Assembly: GCA_027340875.1 (NCBI GenBank)
Contig: DAIENX010000091.1
Span: 1 to 59,291 of the forward strand
Length of the DNA stretch: 59,291 nt
Reading direction: 5' to 3'
From: Elusimicrobiota bacterium
GTDB lineage: Bacteria > Elusimicrobiota > Elusimicrobia > Elusimicrobiales > UBA9959
A program made the position numbers and the translations under genes. Below the pieces are notes generated by a model. That model searched no databases. It saw only the letters and a program-made list of their open reading frames with translations, and was not told the DNA's origin. Shown one piece after another: positions 12,674 to 22,799 of the stretch; positions within the stretch are counted from its first letter, which is position 1, and each line of letters begins with the position of its first letter.

Positions 12674-13849
12674 TCACTTTAGCGAGGACCAGTCCAGGGC
12701 CTTCAGCCGGCGCAGGACCTCGTTAAGGCGGGGGTCCGGCTCGGTGAGCGAGAAGCGGATATAGCCTTCGCCGTGCCTGCCGAAGCCTGAGCCGGGAGCC
12801 GTCAGCAGCGAGGCCTTCTCCAACATGAAATAGACAGCGTCCATGGAGGGGACGTCCGCCGGGGGGCGGGCCCAGACGAAGCAGCTGCCGCCAGGCGGGA
12901 TGAACCGCCAGCCCGAGGAGGCCAGCGCCCGGCAGAAACTGTCGGCCCGGCGCTTGAAATGCGCCCTGATCGGGGGCACTATGCTCTCGTGATTCTTCAG
13001 GCCGTAGGCCACGGCGTTCTGGATAGCGTTGAAGGGACCAGAGTCGATGTTCTCCTTCAACTGGTTCAGCGCGCAGACCAGCTTCGAGTTGCCGACCACC
13101 CAGCCTATGCGCCAGCCGGCCATGCAGTAGGTCTTCGAGGCCGAGTAGAACTCCACGGCCACGTCCCGCGCGCCGTCGACCTGCAGGATGCTCGGGGCCG
13201 GCTCGCCGAAATACATGTCGCAGTAGGCTGCGTCCTGCGCTATTATCACCCCGTGCTTCTTCGCCCATTTCACCAGGTCCCGGTAGAAGTCCAGCGTGGC
13301 GCAGGCCCCGGTGGGGTTGTTGGGATAATTGAGGAAGAAGAGCTTCGCGCGGGACAGGACCTTGGCGGGGATCTTCCCGAGGTCGGGCAGGAAGCCGTTC
13401 TTCTCCTCGAGCGGCACGTCGTGGATCCGGCCGCCGGCCAGCACCACGCCGGTGCGGTACGTCGGGTACGTCGGGTCGGGGATAAGGCAGCAGTCCCCTT
13501 CGTTCATTACCACCAGCGGCAGGTGGGCTATGCCCTCCTTCGAGCCTATAAGTATCGAGACCTCGTCGCTGTGGTGGAAGGTGAGGCCGTGGCGGCGCTT
13601 GTGCCAGGCCGAGATCTCCCGGCGCAGATTCTCGTTTCCCTTGGTGTTGGGGTAGCGGTGGTTGGCCCCTTTGCGCAGCTCGCTGACCGCGGCGGAGACT
13701 ATCCGGCGGTCGGTGGGAATGTCGGGGTCGCCTACCGCCAGGCTTATGATGTCCTTGCCCTTGGCGCGCTCGGCCCGCTCCTTGCGGTAAAGTTCCTCGA
13801 AGAGGAAAGGCTTGAAGGTCTTGAGCTTGTCGCTGAGTTCTATCTTCAT
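12674..13849 (-). CDS. Class I/II PLP aminotransferase, LL-diaminopimelate aminotransferase-like
   Basis: GSKEGIAH, NYPNNPTG, DAAY, SASKTY..GWRIG and PGSGFG..GEGYIRFSL motifs. Confidence 0.85.
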   Translation of the reverse strand: MKIELSDKLKTFKPFLFEELYRKERAERAKGKDIISLAVGDPDIPTDRRIVSAAVSELRKGANHRYPNTKGNENLRREISAWHKRRHGLTFHHSDEVSILIGSKEGIAHLPLVVMNEGDCCLIPDPTYPTYRTGVVLAGGRIHDVPLEEKNGFLPDLGKIPAKVLSRAKLFFLNYPNNPTGACATLDFYRDLVKWAKKHGVIIAQDAAYCDMYFGEPAPSILQVDGARDVAVEFYSASKTYCMAGWRIGWVVGNSKLVCALNQLKENIDSGPFNAIQNAVAYGLKNHESIVPPIRAHFKRRADSFCRALASSGWRFIPPGGSCFVWARPPADVPSMDAVYFMLEKASLLTAPGSGFGRHGEGYIRFSLTEPDPRLNEVLRRLKALDWSSLK

Positions 13850-13932
13850 GGTTTTAACGCCGCTCCGTCGGCAGATAAATTATAACACATCATCGGCGCC
13901 CGGCCTAAAATGGTAGAATCAGGACAGCAGCT

Positions 13933-14769
13933 ATGCCCGTGCTCCTCTTCACCGCCATCGTCGCGCTGGGCGCTTTCGCCGCCGGCTTCCTGGGTTCCCT
14001 TACTGGCCTGGGCGGCGGCGTGGTCATCATACCGCTGCTGACGGTGGGCTTCGGCGTGGACATCCGGTACGCGATCGGCGCCTCGCTCGTCTCGGTGATA
14101 GCCACCTCCTCCGGCGCCGCCGCGGCCTACGTGCGCGAGGGCTTCAGCAATATCCGCATCGGCATGTTCCTCGAGATAGCCACCACGCTGGGCGCGCTGC
14201 TGGGCGCTTTCCTCGCCCTTCGCCTGCCTACGGCGGCCATCTCGCTGATCTTCGGCCTGGTCCTCATACATTCCGCGTGGGTCTCCAGCCGCCCCCGGGA
14301 GGACGGGGCCGCCGTCTCCCGGCCCGACCCGCTGGCGACCCGCCTGCGCATGAACGGCTCCTACCCGACCAAGGACGGGACGAAACATTATAACGTCGCC
14401 TCGGTGCCTTCCGGCTTCGGCCTGATGTTCGTGGCCGGCACCCTCTCGGGGCTGCTGGGCATCGGCTCCGGCGCGGTAAAGGTGCTGGCTATGGACCAGG
14501 CGATGAGGCTGCCTTTCAAGGTCTCCACCGCCACCAGCAATTTCATGATAGGCGTGACCGCGGCCGCCAGCGCCGGCATCTACCTGCGCCAGGGCTACAT
14601 AGACCCCGGCCTCGCGATGCCGGTGATGCTGGGTGTGCTGGCCGGCTCCACCTTGGGCGCGCGCCGGCTCTACGCGGCCGATACCTCCACGCTGCGCAAG
14701 GTCTTCGGCGCGGTGATCTTCGTGCTGGCCCTCGAGATGATCTACACGGGCTTAAGGGGGCTGCTGTGA
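13933..14769 (+). CDS. TauE/SafE (TSUP) family membrane transporter, second paralog
   Basis: GLGGG, SVIATSSG, GLLGIGSG and STATSNFMIG motifs. Confidence 0.92.
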   Translation: MPVLLFTAIVALGAFAAGFLGSLTGLGGGVVIIPLLTVGFGVDIRYAIGASLVSVIATSSGAAAAYVREGFSNIRIGMFLEIATTLGALLGAFLALRLPTAAISLIFGLVLIHSAWVSSRPREDGAAVSRPDPLATRLRMNGSYPTKDGTKHYNVASVPSGFGLMFVAGTLSGLLGIGSGAVKVLAMDQAMRLPFKVSTATSNFMIGVTAAASAGIYLRQGYIDPGLAMPVMLGVLAGSTLGARRLYAADTSTLRKVFGAVIFVLALEMIYTGLRGLL

Positions 14770-15149
14770 GGCGCATGGCCCGAAAGCTGATGGACCAGGA
14801 GATAGAGGTCACGATAGGCCAGCTGCTGCGCGCCGGCGTTCTCTCGTCGGCGGCGGTGGTGGCGGCGGGCGGCGTCCTGTACCTGGCGCGCCACGGCCTG
14901 GCCACGGCCGAATACTCCGTTTTCACGCGCCAGCCGCCGGAGCTCTCCGGCGCCGCGGGGATATTCCGCTGCGCCTTCGCGCTGCACGGCAGGGGCCTGA
15001 TCCAGCTGGGCCTGCTGATGCTGATAGCCACGCCGATAGCGCGCGTGGTCTTCTCCGTCTTCGGCTTCCTCAAGGAAAGGGACTGGCTCTACGTGGCCGT
15101 CACCCTAGTAGTCCTCGCGATACTCCTCTATAGTCTTATTAACGGCTGA
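14766..15149 (+). CDS. DUF1634 family membrane protein, second paralog
   Basis: LLRAGV and GLLMLIATPIARV motifs; overlaps the TauE stop. Start may be ATG 14775. Confidence 0.85.
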   Translation: MRRMARKLMDQEIEVTIGQLLRAGVLSSAAVVAAGGVLYLARHGLATAEYSVFTRQPPELSGAAGIFRCAFALHGRGLIQLGLLMLIATPIARVVFSVFGFLKERDWLYVAVTLVVLAILLYSLING

Positions 15150-15173
15150 CGGCGGAAAGCCCGCCGCCCGCGC

Positions 15174-16433
15174 CTATTTCGCGCCGATCAGGCTTATTCC
15201 CGGCAGGTAGGTCACCAGCGCCAGCATGGCCAGCAGTATCAGCAGGAAGGGCCCGATGGCGCGGTAAAGCGTGGGCAGCTTGCGGTGGAACCGCGAGCTG
15301 GCCAGGAACAGGTTGAGGCCCAGCGGCGGCAGCATGTAGCCGATCTCCAGGTTCAGCAGGAAGATGATGCCCAGGTGCACCGGGTCTATGCCGTACTGCG
15401 CGGCCACCGGGACTATGATAGGAACGACGATGATTATCGCCGAGAAGATCTCTATCATGTTGATGACGAGCAGGAAGGCGTTGAGCAGCACCAGGAAGAC
15501 CAGCTTGCTGGAGACGTAGGCGTGCAGCCACGCGAAGATCTTGCCCGGTATCTGCGCGTCTATCAGGTAGTTCGTGAAGCCGAGGGCCGTGCCCAGCACC
15601 ATGAAGATCGCGCCTACGAGCAGCATGCTCTTTACCGCCACGCGCGGCACATCGCGCGTGATATGCAGGTCCTTGTAGACCAGGACTTCCGTGATGAGCA
15701 CGTAGAAGGCCATCACGGAGGCGGCCTCGCTCGCCGTGAAGAGGCCGCGGTAGATGCCGCCTATTATCAGGAAAGGCAGCGGGATCTCCCAGGCGGCGTT
15801 CCTGGCCGCCTTTCCGAGAGCGTGCCAGGAGAACGGTATGTGCTTCACTCCGGAGCTGCGCGCGGTGAAGAAGGCGTAGACGGACAGCGCCACCAGCAGC
15901 AGCGCGCCGGGCAGCAGGCCGGCCATGAATAGCCTGTCTATGTTTATCTTCGCCACCAGCGCGTAGAGGATGATCGGCAGGCTGGGAGGGAACAGCAGGC
16001 CCAGGCTGCCGGTGGTGGTCAGCAGCCCGAGAGTGAACTTCTCCGGATAGCCCTGCTTGCTCAGCATCGGGTAGAGCAGGCCGCCCAGAGCGATTATCGT
16101 GACTCCGGAGGCGCCGGTGAAGGCGGTGAAGAGGGCCGTGGTGAAGAGGGCCACTATGGCCAGGCCGCCGGGGAGGGCGCCGAAGAGCGCCTCGGCCAGC
16201 GCCAGCATGCGCTGCGGGGCCTTGCTCTCCGCCAGCAGGTAGCCGGAGAAGGTGAAGAGAGGTATCGCTATCAGCGCCGGCAGGGACGCCAGGCGCAGCA
16301 TCTCCACTATTACCGCGGAGGAGTCTATGTCCGCTCCGGCGAACAGGAAGATGGAGCCGCCGCCTATCAGCGTGAAGACGGGGGCGCCCAGGAAGGCGAG
16401 CAGCAGGATCAGCGGGGCTACCAGGATGGCCAT
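15174..16433 (-). CDS. dctM: TRAP transporter large permease (DctM)
   Basis: AIPLF, FTGASG, GSLGLLFPPS, FTASEA, DPVHLG and PPLGLNLF motifs. Confidence 0.92.
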   Translation of the reverse strand: MAILVAPLILLLAFLGAPVFTLIGGGSIFLFAGADIDSSAVIVEMLRLASLPALIAIPLFTFSGYLLAESKAPQRMLALAEALFGALPGGLAIVALFTTALFTAFTGASGVTIIALGGLLYPMLSKQGYPEKFTLGLLTTTGSLGLLFPPSLPIILYALVAKINIDRLFMAGLLPGALLLVALSVYAFFTARSSGVKHIPFSWHALGKAARNAAWEIPLPFLIIGGIYRGLFTASEAASVMAFYVLITEVLVYKDLHITRDVPRVAVKSMLLVGAIFMVLGTALGFTNYLIDAQIPGKIFAWLHAYVSSKLVFLVLLNAFLLVINMIEIFSAIIIVVPIIVPVAAQYGIDPVHLGIIFLLNLEIGYMLPPLGLNLFLASSRFHRKLPTLYRAIGPFLLILLAMLALVTYLPGISLIGAK

Positions 16434-16933
16434 CAGAAGGGGCCCTCCAGGTGGTCCTTAGGTCTGAAGATGCCTATCAGCGTGTGCAGTCCTATCAGCG
16501 CGAAGGCGGCGGGAATGATGATCTCGACCCAGCCGCCTTTAATGGGCAGGCGGTCTATGTAGAAGGCCACCGAGCCGGAGGCGAACTCGTCGCGTATGAA
16601 CTTCCAGGCGGCGTAGAAGAGCAGCGCCGACGCGGCCACGGTGAAGACGGACGCGAAGATCTCCAGCGGCCGGCGCAGGCCTTTCGGGGCCAGGTGCACG
16701 AAGGCCTCCAGCGCGAAATGATGGGCGTAGCGGGCGGCCAGCGCCGCGCCGAAAAGCCCCGCCCAGAGCACCATGTGGCGCAGCAGCGGGTCCAGCCAGA
16801 CTATGCCGGAGTGCAGGAAAAGACGCAGCAGCACCTGCATGAAGGAGAGGGCTACCATCGCGAAGATCAGGAGGATGACGGCGCCGCGTTCGGCCTTCAC
16901 CAGATACTCTTCCGCTCTGTATAGCGCGCGCAT
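16433..16933 (-). CDS. dctQ: TRAP transporter small permease (DctQ)
   Basis: Four TM segments; QVLLR, W..PLLRHMVLW..LFGA and HF motifs; translationally coupled to dctM. Confidence 0.88.
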   Translation of the reverse strand: MRALYRAEEYLVKAERGAVILLIFAMVALSFMQVLLRLFLHSGIVWLDPLLRHMVLWAGLFGAALAARYAHHFALEAFVHLAPKGLRRPLEIFASVFTVAASALLFYAAWKFIRDEFASGSVAFYIDRLPIKGGWVEIIIPAAFALIGLHTLIGIFRPKDHLEGPF

Positions 16934-17017
16934 ATCCCAATTATTCTAAATTCCGTCGGGGTCCGCAAGGCCGCGCACTTGCGGAAGCGGCCGGGGGGGG
17001 TTATAATATTGTGTCCT

Positions 17018-18367
17018 ATGGAGAACGCGGAACCGCTTGACCTGCTGCTGGTCGATGAGGAGGAAGGCAAACCCATCAAGGGAGGCCCGGCTTCCATAGA
17101 TAATCTCCTCTATATAGCCTTCAGGTGGGGTTTTGCGCCGCCGAAGCTCGCCGTCCCGCTGCTGGCCGTCCAATCCAGGGCCGCGGGCCACAGCGTGGCG
17201 TCCATCTATTGCCCTACGCTGCCGGGCAAAATAAAGGAGTTCATTCCGCTGCTGAAGCGCAGGCCGCTGGTGGCCGGTATTACAACGGTCGCCATGTTCG
17301 ATCCGAAACAGCTGGCCTACCTCATCGGCCTGATACGCTATTTCAGCCCCAGCACGGTCGTAGTGCTCGGCGGGCACGGCGCGGATAATTCCGCCGAAAT
17401 GCGCTCGCTAGGGGACATCTATGTCAGCTTCCACGGGGAGGGCGCGCTGGCCGACGTGGTGGCCGCGGTCAAGGCCGGCACGCCGCCGGATAAGATCCCC
17501 GGGGTGGAGAGGGACAGCGAAGGGGTGCTGCGCCTGCGGGGCAGCCTTCGTTACGAGGGGATAAGAAAAGTTCTTTACCCGGACTGGAGCGCCACCTCCA
17601 CCTCTTTTTTCTCCAGACGCTATCCTATCGAAGCTTCCCGGGGCTGCAATTTCAATTGCAGCTACTGCGGCTTCCCGGGGAAGGCCGGTCAGGTCTTCAG
17701 GCCGGCGGAGGACGTGATAGGGGAGATGCTCTATTCCTGGAAGGCCCGCGGGATAAGGCGCTTCGAGTTCATGGACTCGGCGCTCACCTCCAACACCGAG
17801 TTCATGGCGAAGTTCTGCGCCGGACTGAGGAAGACCGGCGTCCGTTTCAACTGGAACTGCTTCGCGAGGCCTGACGCCTTCGTCCGCAACCCCGAGCTGG
17901 CCGCGGACATGGCCTCGTCCGGCTGCAACAGGGTGCTGATCGGGGTCGAGTCCGTCCATGACCGCATACTTTCGGCCATGCGCCGCGGCATGAACAGGGA
18001 GACCGTGGAAAAGGCCCTCGACAGTCTCTTCAAGGCGAAGATCACGGTCTACGGCAATTTCATAATAGGCTTTCCCGGCGAGACGGAGGCCACCGTCAAG
18101 GAGACCGCCGACTTCATAATTAAGCGTCCGTTCGCCTTCACGTCGCTGTGCTCTTTCTGGGCTTCCGAGGACATGATGAGGCTGGCCGCCTCCAGGCCCG
18201 AGGAATACGCGCATCTCGCCGGCCTGCCCGGCAAAGGCTGGCGTCACGACGGCATGGACTACGCCGGATCACGCCTGCTGGCCAAGCGGGCCGTGCGCCG
18301 CATCAACCTGCATAAGTTCTGGATCAGGGCCTTCGCCGCGGAGGCCACCGGTCCGGAGCTGCCCTAG
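17018..18367 (+). CDS. Radical SAM protein with degenerate B12-binding-like N-terminus
   Basis: ASRGCNFNCSYC (CxxxCxxC), VVLGGHG, GVES and FIIGFPGET motifs. Confidence 0.85.
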   Translation: MENAEPLDLLLVDEEEGKPIKGGPASIDNLLYIAFRWGFAPPKLAVPLLAVQSRAAGHSVASIYCPTLPGKIKEFIPLLKRRPLVAGITTVAMFDPKQLAYLIGLIRYFSPSTVVVLGGHGADNSAEMRSLGDIYVSFHGEGALADVVAAVKAGTPPDKIPGVERDSEGVLRLRGSLRYEGIRKVLYPDWSATSTSFFSRRYPIEASRGCNFNCSYCGFPGKAGQVFRPAEDVIGEMLYSWKARGIRRFEFMDSALTSNTEFMAKFCAGLRKTGVRFNWNCFARPDAFVRNPELAADMASSGCNRVLIGVESVHDRILSAMRRGMNRETVEKALDSLFKAKITVYGNFIIGFPGETEATVKETADFIIKRPFAFTSLCSFWASEDMMRLAASRPEEYAHLAGLPGKGWRHDGMDYAGSRLLAKRAVRRINLHKFWIRAFAAEATGPELP

Positions 18368-18465
18368 CCGCGTTCCCGGGCCGCGGCCCCCTGCACAGCC
18401 TATAGTTGCTATAATATCCGTGAACGGGTCCTCCGCGTAAGGCCGGACCCGCCGGGAGGGGCGCT

Positions 18466-18996
18466 ATGCGCATAAACACTAAGATCGAGGAAGCCATAAA
18501 CAAGCAGATCAACGCGGAACTCTATTCCGCCTATCTTTATCTCGGAATGTCGTCCAAATGCACCGAGGTCAACCTTAAAGGCATAGCCAACTGGCTCTAT
18601 GTGCAGGCCCAGGAGGAGATGACCCACGCGATGAAGTTCTACCGCTTCGTGCTGGACCGCGGCGGTCATCCCGTCATGACCTCCATAGAGGGCGTGCGCA
18701 CCGACTGGAAGTCCCCGCTCGAGATGTTCGAGGCGGCCTATGCCCACGAGCAGAAGGTCACCGGGCTGATAAACGCCATAGCCGACCTTTCGCTGTCCGA
18801 GCGCGACCACGCCACCTCGAGCATGCTGAACTGGTTCGTGGACGAGCAGGTGGAGGAGGAGGCCAACTCCTCCGAGATAGCCGAGAAGCTCCGCCTTATA
18901 GGCGACTCCAAGGACGGCCTGCTGATGCTGGACAAGGAGCTTTCGACCCGAGTCTTCGTGGACCGCACCCAGCCGGCCGCCGGCGCGCAGGCTTAA
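18466..18996 (+). CDS. ftnA: Non-heme ferritin
   Basis: QINAELYSAYLY, EEMTHA, HEQKVT and WFVDEQVEEE motifs. Confidence 0.93.
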   Translation: MRINTKIEEAINKQINAELYSAYLYLGMSSKCTEVNLKGIANWLYVQAQEEMTHAMKFYRFVLDRGGHPVMTSIEGVRTDWKSPLEMFEAAYAHEQKVTGLINAIADLSLSERDHATSSMLNWFVDEQVEEEANSSEIAEKLRLIGDSKDGLLMLDKELSTRVFVDRTQPAAGAQA

Positions 18997-19057
18997 GCCG
19001 TCGCCGCGCTGGAGGGCCGGCTCGCGCCGGCCCTCCTTCTTTTCATCCGGGGGTCCC

Positions 19058-20731
19058 ATGCCTGCCGATATAGAGATAGCGCACAAGATCAAGCTGAAGC
19101 ATATCAGCGAGATAGCCGCCGGCCTCGGCGTGCCGGAGCAGGACCTGAACCTGTACGGCAAATACAAGGCCAAGCTGCCGCTCAAGCTGATAGACCTGGA
19201 GAAGGCCAAGCGCAGCAGGCTGGTCCTGGTGTCGGCCATCTCCCCGACCCCTGCCGGCGAAGGCAAGACCACTGTCTCCATCGGCCTGACGCTCGGCCTC
19301 AACAAGATAGGCAGGAAGACCACCGTGGTGCTGCGCGAGCCGTCGCTGGGCCCGGTGTTCGGCATAAAGGGCGGCGCCACCGGCGGAGGCTGGTCGCAGG
19401 TGCTGCCGATGGAGGACATCAACCTCCATTTCACCAACGATTTCGCCGCTATCGAGAAAGCCCACAACCTGCTGGCCGCGCTGATAGACAACAACGTGCA
19501 GAACAAGAAGAACAACCTGGGCATAGACCCGAGGACCGTGGCGTGGCGGCGGGTAATGGACATGAACGACAGGTCGCTGAGGAACATCATAGTCGGCCTG
19601 GGCGGTACGATGAGCGGCGTCCCGCGCGAGACCGGCTTCGACATAGTAGCGGCCTCCGAGGTCATGGCCATTTTCTGCCTGTCGAACGACCTGAGCCACC
19701 TGAAAGAGAAGCTGGGGAACATCTTCGTCGGTTACACCTACGACAGGAAGCCTGTCTACGCGCGCGACCTCAAGGCCAACGGGGCCATGGCCGCGCTGCT
19801 CAAGGACGCGATCATGCCCAACCTGGTGCAGACCACCGAGGGGACCCCTGCCATCATCCACGGCGGGCCTTTCGCCAACATCGCGCACGGCTGCAATTCC
19901 ATCATCGCCACCCGCATGGGCCTGAGCCTGTCCGACTACGTCGTCACCGAGGCCGGCTTCGCGTTCGAGCTGGGCGCCGAGAAGTTCCTGGACATCAAGT
20001 GCCGCTACGCCGGGCTCTGCCCGAGCGCGGCCGTGCTGGTGGCCACGGTGCGCGCGCTGAAATACCACGGCCACGTGCCGCTGAAGGAGCTGAACAACCC
20101 GGACCCGGCCGCCGTCAAGAAAGGCCTGGAGAACCTCGAGAAACACGTGGAGAACATGAAGCAGTTCGACCTGGTGCCGGTCGTGGCGCTGAACAGGTTC
20201 TCCTCCGACACCGAGGAGGAGATAGCCGTGATCAAGGCCAGGTGCGCCGAGCTCGGCGTGCCGGTGGCGGTGGCGGACGTCTGGGGCCGGGGCGGGGCGG
20301 GGGCCGTGGAGCTCGCCGAGCTCGTGGACAAGGCCGTGCAGAGCCGCGACCACTGCGGCTTCAAGCCGGTCTACGAGTGGGAGTGGCCGGTACAGAAGAA
20401 GATAGAGGCCATAGCCTCCAAGATGTACGGCGCCAGGCACATAGACTACACGCCCCGCGCGAAAAAGGACCTGGACAAGGTGAACAGCCTGGGCCTCGAC
20501 AAGCTGCCGGTCTGCATAGCCAAGACGCAGAAGTCGCTGTCGGATAACCCGGACCTGCTGGGGCGTCCGAAGGACTTCGTGGTTACCGTGCGGCAGATAG
20601 AGATAGCGGCCGGGGCCGGCTTCGTGATACCGATAACCGGCGACATCATGCGCATGCCGGGCCTGCCGGAGCACCCGGCGTCGGAGAACATAGACATAGA
20701 CGCCGAGGGGAATATCACCGGCCTGTTCTGA
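19058..20731 (+). CDS. fhs: Formate--tetrahydrofolate ligase
   Basis: PTPAGEGKTT, REPSLGP.FG.KGGA.GGG, HGGPFANIAHGCNS and MPGLP..GLF. Confidence 0.97.
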   Translation: MPADIEIAHKIKLKHISEIAAGLGVPEQDLNLYGKYKAKLPLKLIDLEKAKRSRLVLVSAISPTPAGEGKTTVSIGLTLGLNKIGRKTTVVLREPSLGPVFGIKGGATGGGWSQVLPMEDINLHFTNDFAAIEKAHNLLAALIDNNVQNKKNNLGIDPRTVAWRRVMDMNDRSLRNIIVGLGGTMSGVPRETGFDIVAASEVMAIFCLSNDLSHLKEKLGNIFVGYTYDRKPVYARDLKANGAMAALLKDAIMPNLVQTTEGTPAIIHGGPFANIAHGCNSIIATRMGLSLSDYVVTEAGFAFELGAEKFLDIKCRYAGLCPSAAVLVATVRALKYHGHVPLKELNNPDPAAVKKGLENLEKHVENMKQFDLVPVVALNRFSSDTEEEIAVIKARCAELGVPVAVADVWGRGGAGAVELAELVDKAVQSRDHCGFKPVYEWEWPVQKKIEAIASKMYGARHIDYTPRAKKDLDKVNSLGLDKLPVCIAKTQKSLSDNPDLLGRPKDFVVTVRQIEIAAGAGFVIPITGDIMRMPGLPEHPASENIDIDAEGNITGLF

Positions 20732-20743
20732 AGTCGGCAGGGT

Positions 20744-20781
20744 AAAAACAAAAGCCCGGGCGCTCCCGGGCTTTTGTTTTT
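20744..20781. terminator. Bidirectional intrinsic terminator
   Basis: Perfect AAAAACAAAAGCCCGGG / CCCGGGCTTTTGTTTTT inverted repeat between convergent genes. Confidence 0.9.
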
Positions 20782-20798
20782 GTTCCGGTCTTCTGCGT

Positions 20799-21968
20799 TC
20801 AGGCGGCCCGGGCGAAGAACTCCCGGGAGGCTTTCTCCCACTGCTCGTCGTTAAGACGCTCCAGTTCGCCTATATAGAGCTCACCGTCGCCCTGTCCTTC
20901 CTCCCCGCCGTCGCGGCCGGCAGCCGCGAGGAACTTGCGGAACAGCTCTATGTCGTCCTGGAAGAGCCCGACCGCGGCTTTGCCTATCCTCAGGGCCGGG
21001 GTGTCCGCCTCAAGGCTGTCGGAGTCTATGACGCATACCCAGTTGCCGGCGTACGGAGTCATGTCCAGCGCCCCGCAGTCCTCCTTGAGGGAGGAGTTGG
21101 TCCTGGTGACCTTGCCTCCGACCGGGGCAAGGAAGGAGATGCTCCTGTTCTTCTGGCGCACGCTGAACAGCGGCTGTCCCGCCTTGACCGTCATCCCGAC
21201 GTTGGGGAACTCGATGGCGCTGACCTTGCCTATCAGCTTCCTGGCGAAGTCGTCCATGCCGACCTTCACGGAGCCGTCCTGCGCCATCGCGGCCCAGCAG
21301 TGCCCCTTCGAGATGAAGACGCCTCCGGGTATGGTGAACTCCCGGGAGCTGACGCGGTCCGCGGCGGGCATGTGCACCACCTGTATCTGGGGCTTCAGCT
21401 GCTTCTGGATGCGGTCCTGCCTGCGTATCAGCGCCTTCTTGACGAAGGCCAGCAGCTCGCTTTCGGTGAAAGGCTTCTGTACGTAGTCCATCGCGCCGAA
21501 CTTCATGCATTCCACGGCCGTCTCCACCGTGGCGTAGCCGGTAATGATGACCACGTCGATATCCGGCCTGAGGTGCTTTACGGACTTCACCACGTCCACC
21601 CCGTCCATCTCCGGCATCTTCAGGTCGGTGAAGACGAAGTCGTAGTGATGGCTCTGGACCAGCCCCAGCGCCTCCTCGCCGGTCTGCACCGTGTCCACCG
21701 AGTAGCCGTCCATTACCAGTATCTTTCTGAAGCTGTCCAGCACCACTTCCTCGTCGTCCACGCACAGGATGCGCGCCGCCGGCGAGTCCACCTCCACCCG
21801 CTTGAGCGACCTGGCCTCGTGCGTGAAGTCCAGCTTCAGGCTGACGGAGAGCGCTTCCTCCCGCTCGCGGCGCTTCTTCTTCTCGACCAGCTTGCGTGTG
21901 AATTCCCGCACCCCCAGGTCCGCCAGTATGAACAGTATGACGGATACGAACAACAGGATTATCACCAT
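20799..21968 (-). CDS. Membrane-anchored receiver domain fused to a glycine-cleavage-H-like domain
   Basis: N-terminal TM; receiver (VDDE, TDLKMP.MDG, TG, KPF); GcvH-like tail (H.W, VKVGMDDFA, APVGGKV..N, PY..NW). Confidence 0.85.
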   Translation of the reverse strand: MVIILLFVSVILFILADLGVREFTRKLVEKKKRREREEALSVSLKLDFTHEARSLKRVEVDSPAARILCVDDEEVVLDSFRKILVMDGYSVDTVQTGEEALGLVQSHHYDFVFTDLKMPEMDGVDVVKSVKHLRPDIDVVIITGYATVETAVECMKFGAMDYVQKPFTESELLAFVKKALIRRQDRIQKQLKPQIQVVHMPAADRVSSREFTIPGGVFISKGHCWAAMAQDGSVKVGMDDFARKLIGKVSAIEFPNVGMTVKAGQPLFSVRQKNRSISFLAPVGGKVTRTNSSLKEDCGALDMTPYAGNWVCVIDSDSLEADTPALRIGKAAVGLFQDDIELFRKFLAAAGRDGGEEGQGDGELYIGELERLNDEQWEKASREFFARAA

Positions 21969-21995
21969 ACCAACCCTCCTTATACCGCTAGTTCG

Positions 21996-22799
21996 TCAAA
22001 ACTTCCCGCTGCTCCCGGCCAGCAGCCTCTGCAGGTCCCGCTCCAGGTCGGACGGGAGCAGCCGGTACATCCAGCCGGAGAAATACGGGTCCTTCTCCAG
22101 CAGCTCCGGCCCGGCCTCCGCTGCGGCGTTGCGCTCCAGCACCTTGCCGCTGACGGGGCACATGACGCCGTGCGCCATCCCGTCCGCGGACCGGATCTCG
22201 GCGCAGGAATTCCCCTGCGCTATCTCGCGTCCTGCTGGCAGCAGCGAGACGCCGGACACCTCGCCGAGGGAGCGCATGAAGAGGTCCGTAACCCCGGTCA
22301 GGACGGTCCCGGCGTCCTCCACCAGGGCCCAGCTGATATAGCCCATGCGGTAATAGCGCTGGGGGGGCGCCACGTGCACCAGGCAGGCCTGCGGCCCCGG
22401 CTCGCCGGAGGACGCCGGACCCAGCATGGCGCTCAGCCTCATCGTGCGGCGTATGACGGACAGGAGTTCGTCGGCCGTGAAAGGCTTCGGGATGAAGTCC
22501 ACCGCGCCGCAGGAGAGGGACTTCACGGTGTTCTCCAGCGTGGAGAAGCCCGTGGCCATCACCACCAGCGACGAAAGCTTGCGCCGGGCCGCTTCCTCGA
22601 GGAACTGGAAGCCGTCCAACTGCGGCATCATTATGTCGCAGACGACGATGCGGTAAGGGCGCAGCGAGAGCATGGCCAGCGCCGCGGCGCCGTTCTCCGC
22701 CATGTCAACGGACAGGCCGTCACCGGAACAGACCTTGGAGATGCCCTCCAGTATGACGGGTTCGTCGTCCACCACAAGTATGTCGCGCATTTCCTTCAT
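21996..22799 (-). CDS. Receiver domain fused to a glycine-cleavage-H-like domain
   Basis: VDDE, CDIMMP.LDG and KPF; tail CPVSGKV..N..LLEKDPY..GWMYRL. Start ATG 22799 overlaps the kinase stop. Confidence 0.83.
   Translation of the reverse strand: MKEMRDILVVDDEPVILEGISKVCSGDGLSVDMAENGAAALAMLSLRPYRIVVCDIMMPQLDGFQFLEEAARRKLSSLVVMATGFSTLENTVKSLSCGAVDFIPKPFTADELLSVIRRTMRLSAMLGPASSGEPGPQACLVHVAPPQRYYRMGYISWALVEDAGTVLTGVTDLFMRSLGEVSGVSLLPAGREIAQGNSCAEIRSADGMAHGVMCPVSGKVLERNAAAEAGPELLEKDPYFSGWMYRLLPSDLERDLQRLLAGSSGKF

Noticed and set aside
19058..22799. fhs plus GcvH-like genes as a reductive glycine pathway cluster
   Set aside because: They are convergent with a terminator between them, no gcvP/T/L is present, and the H-like domains lack the canonical lipoyl lysine.
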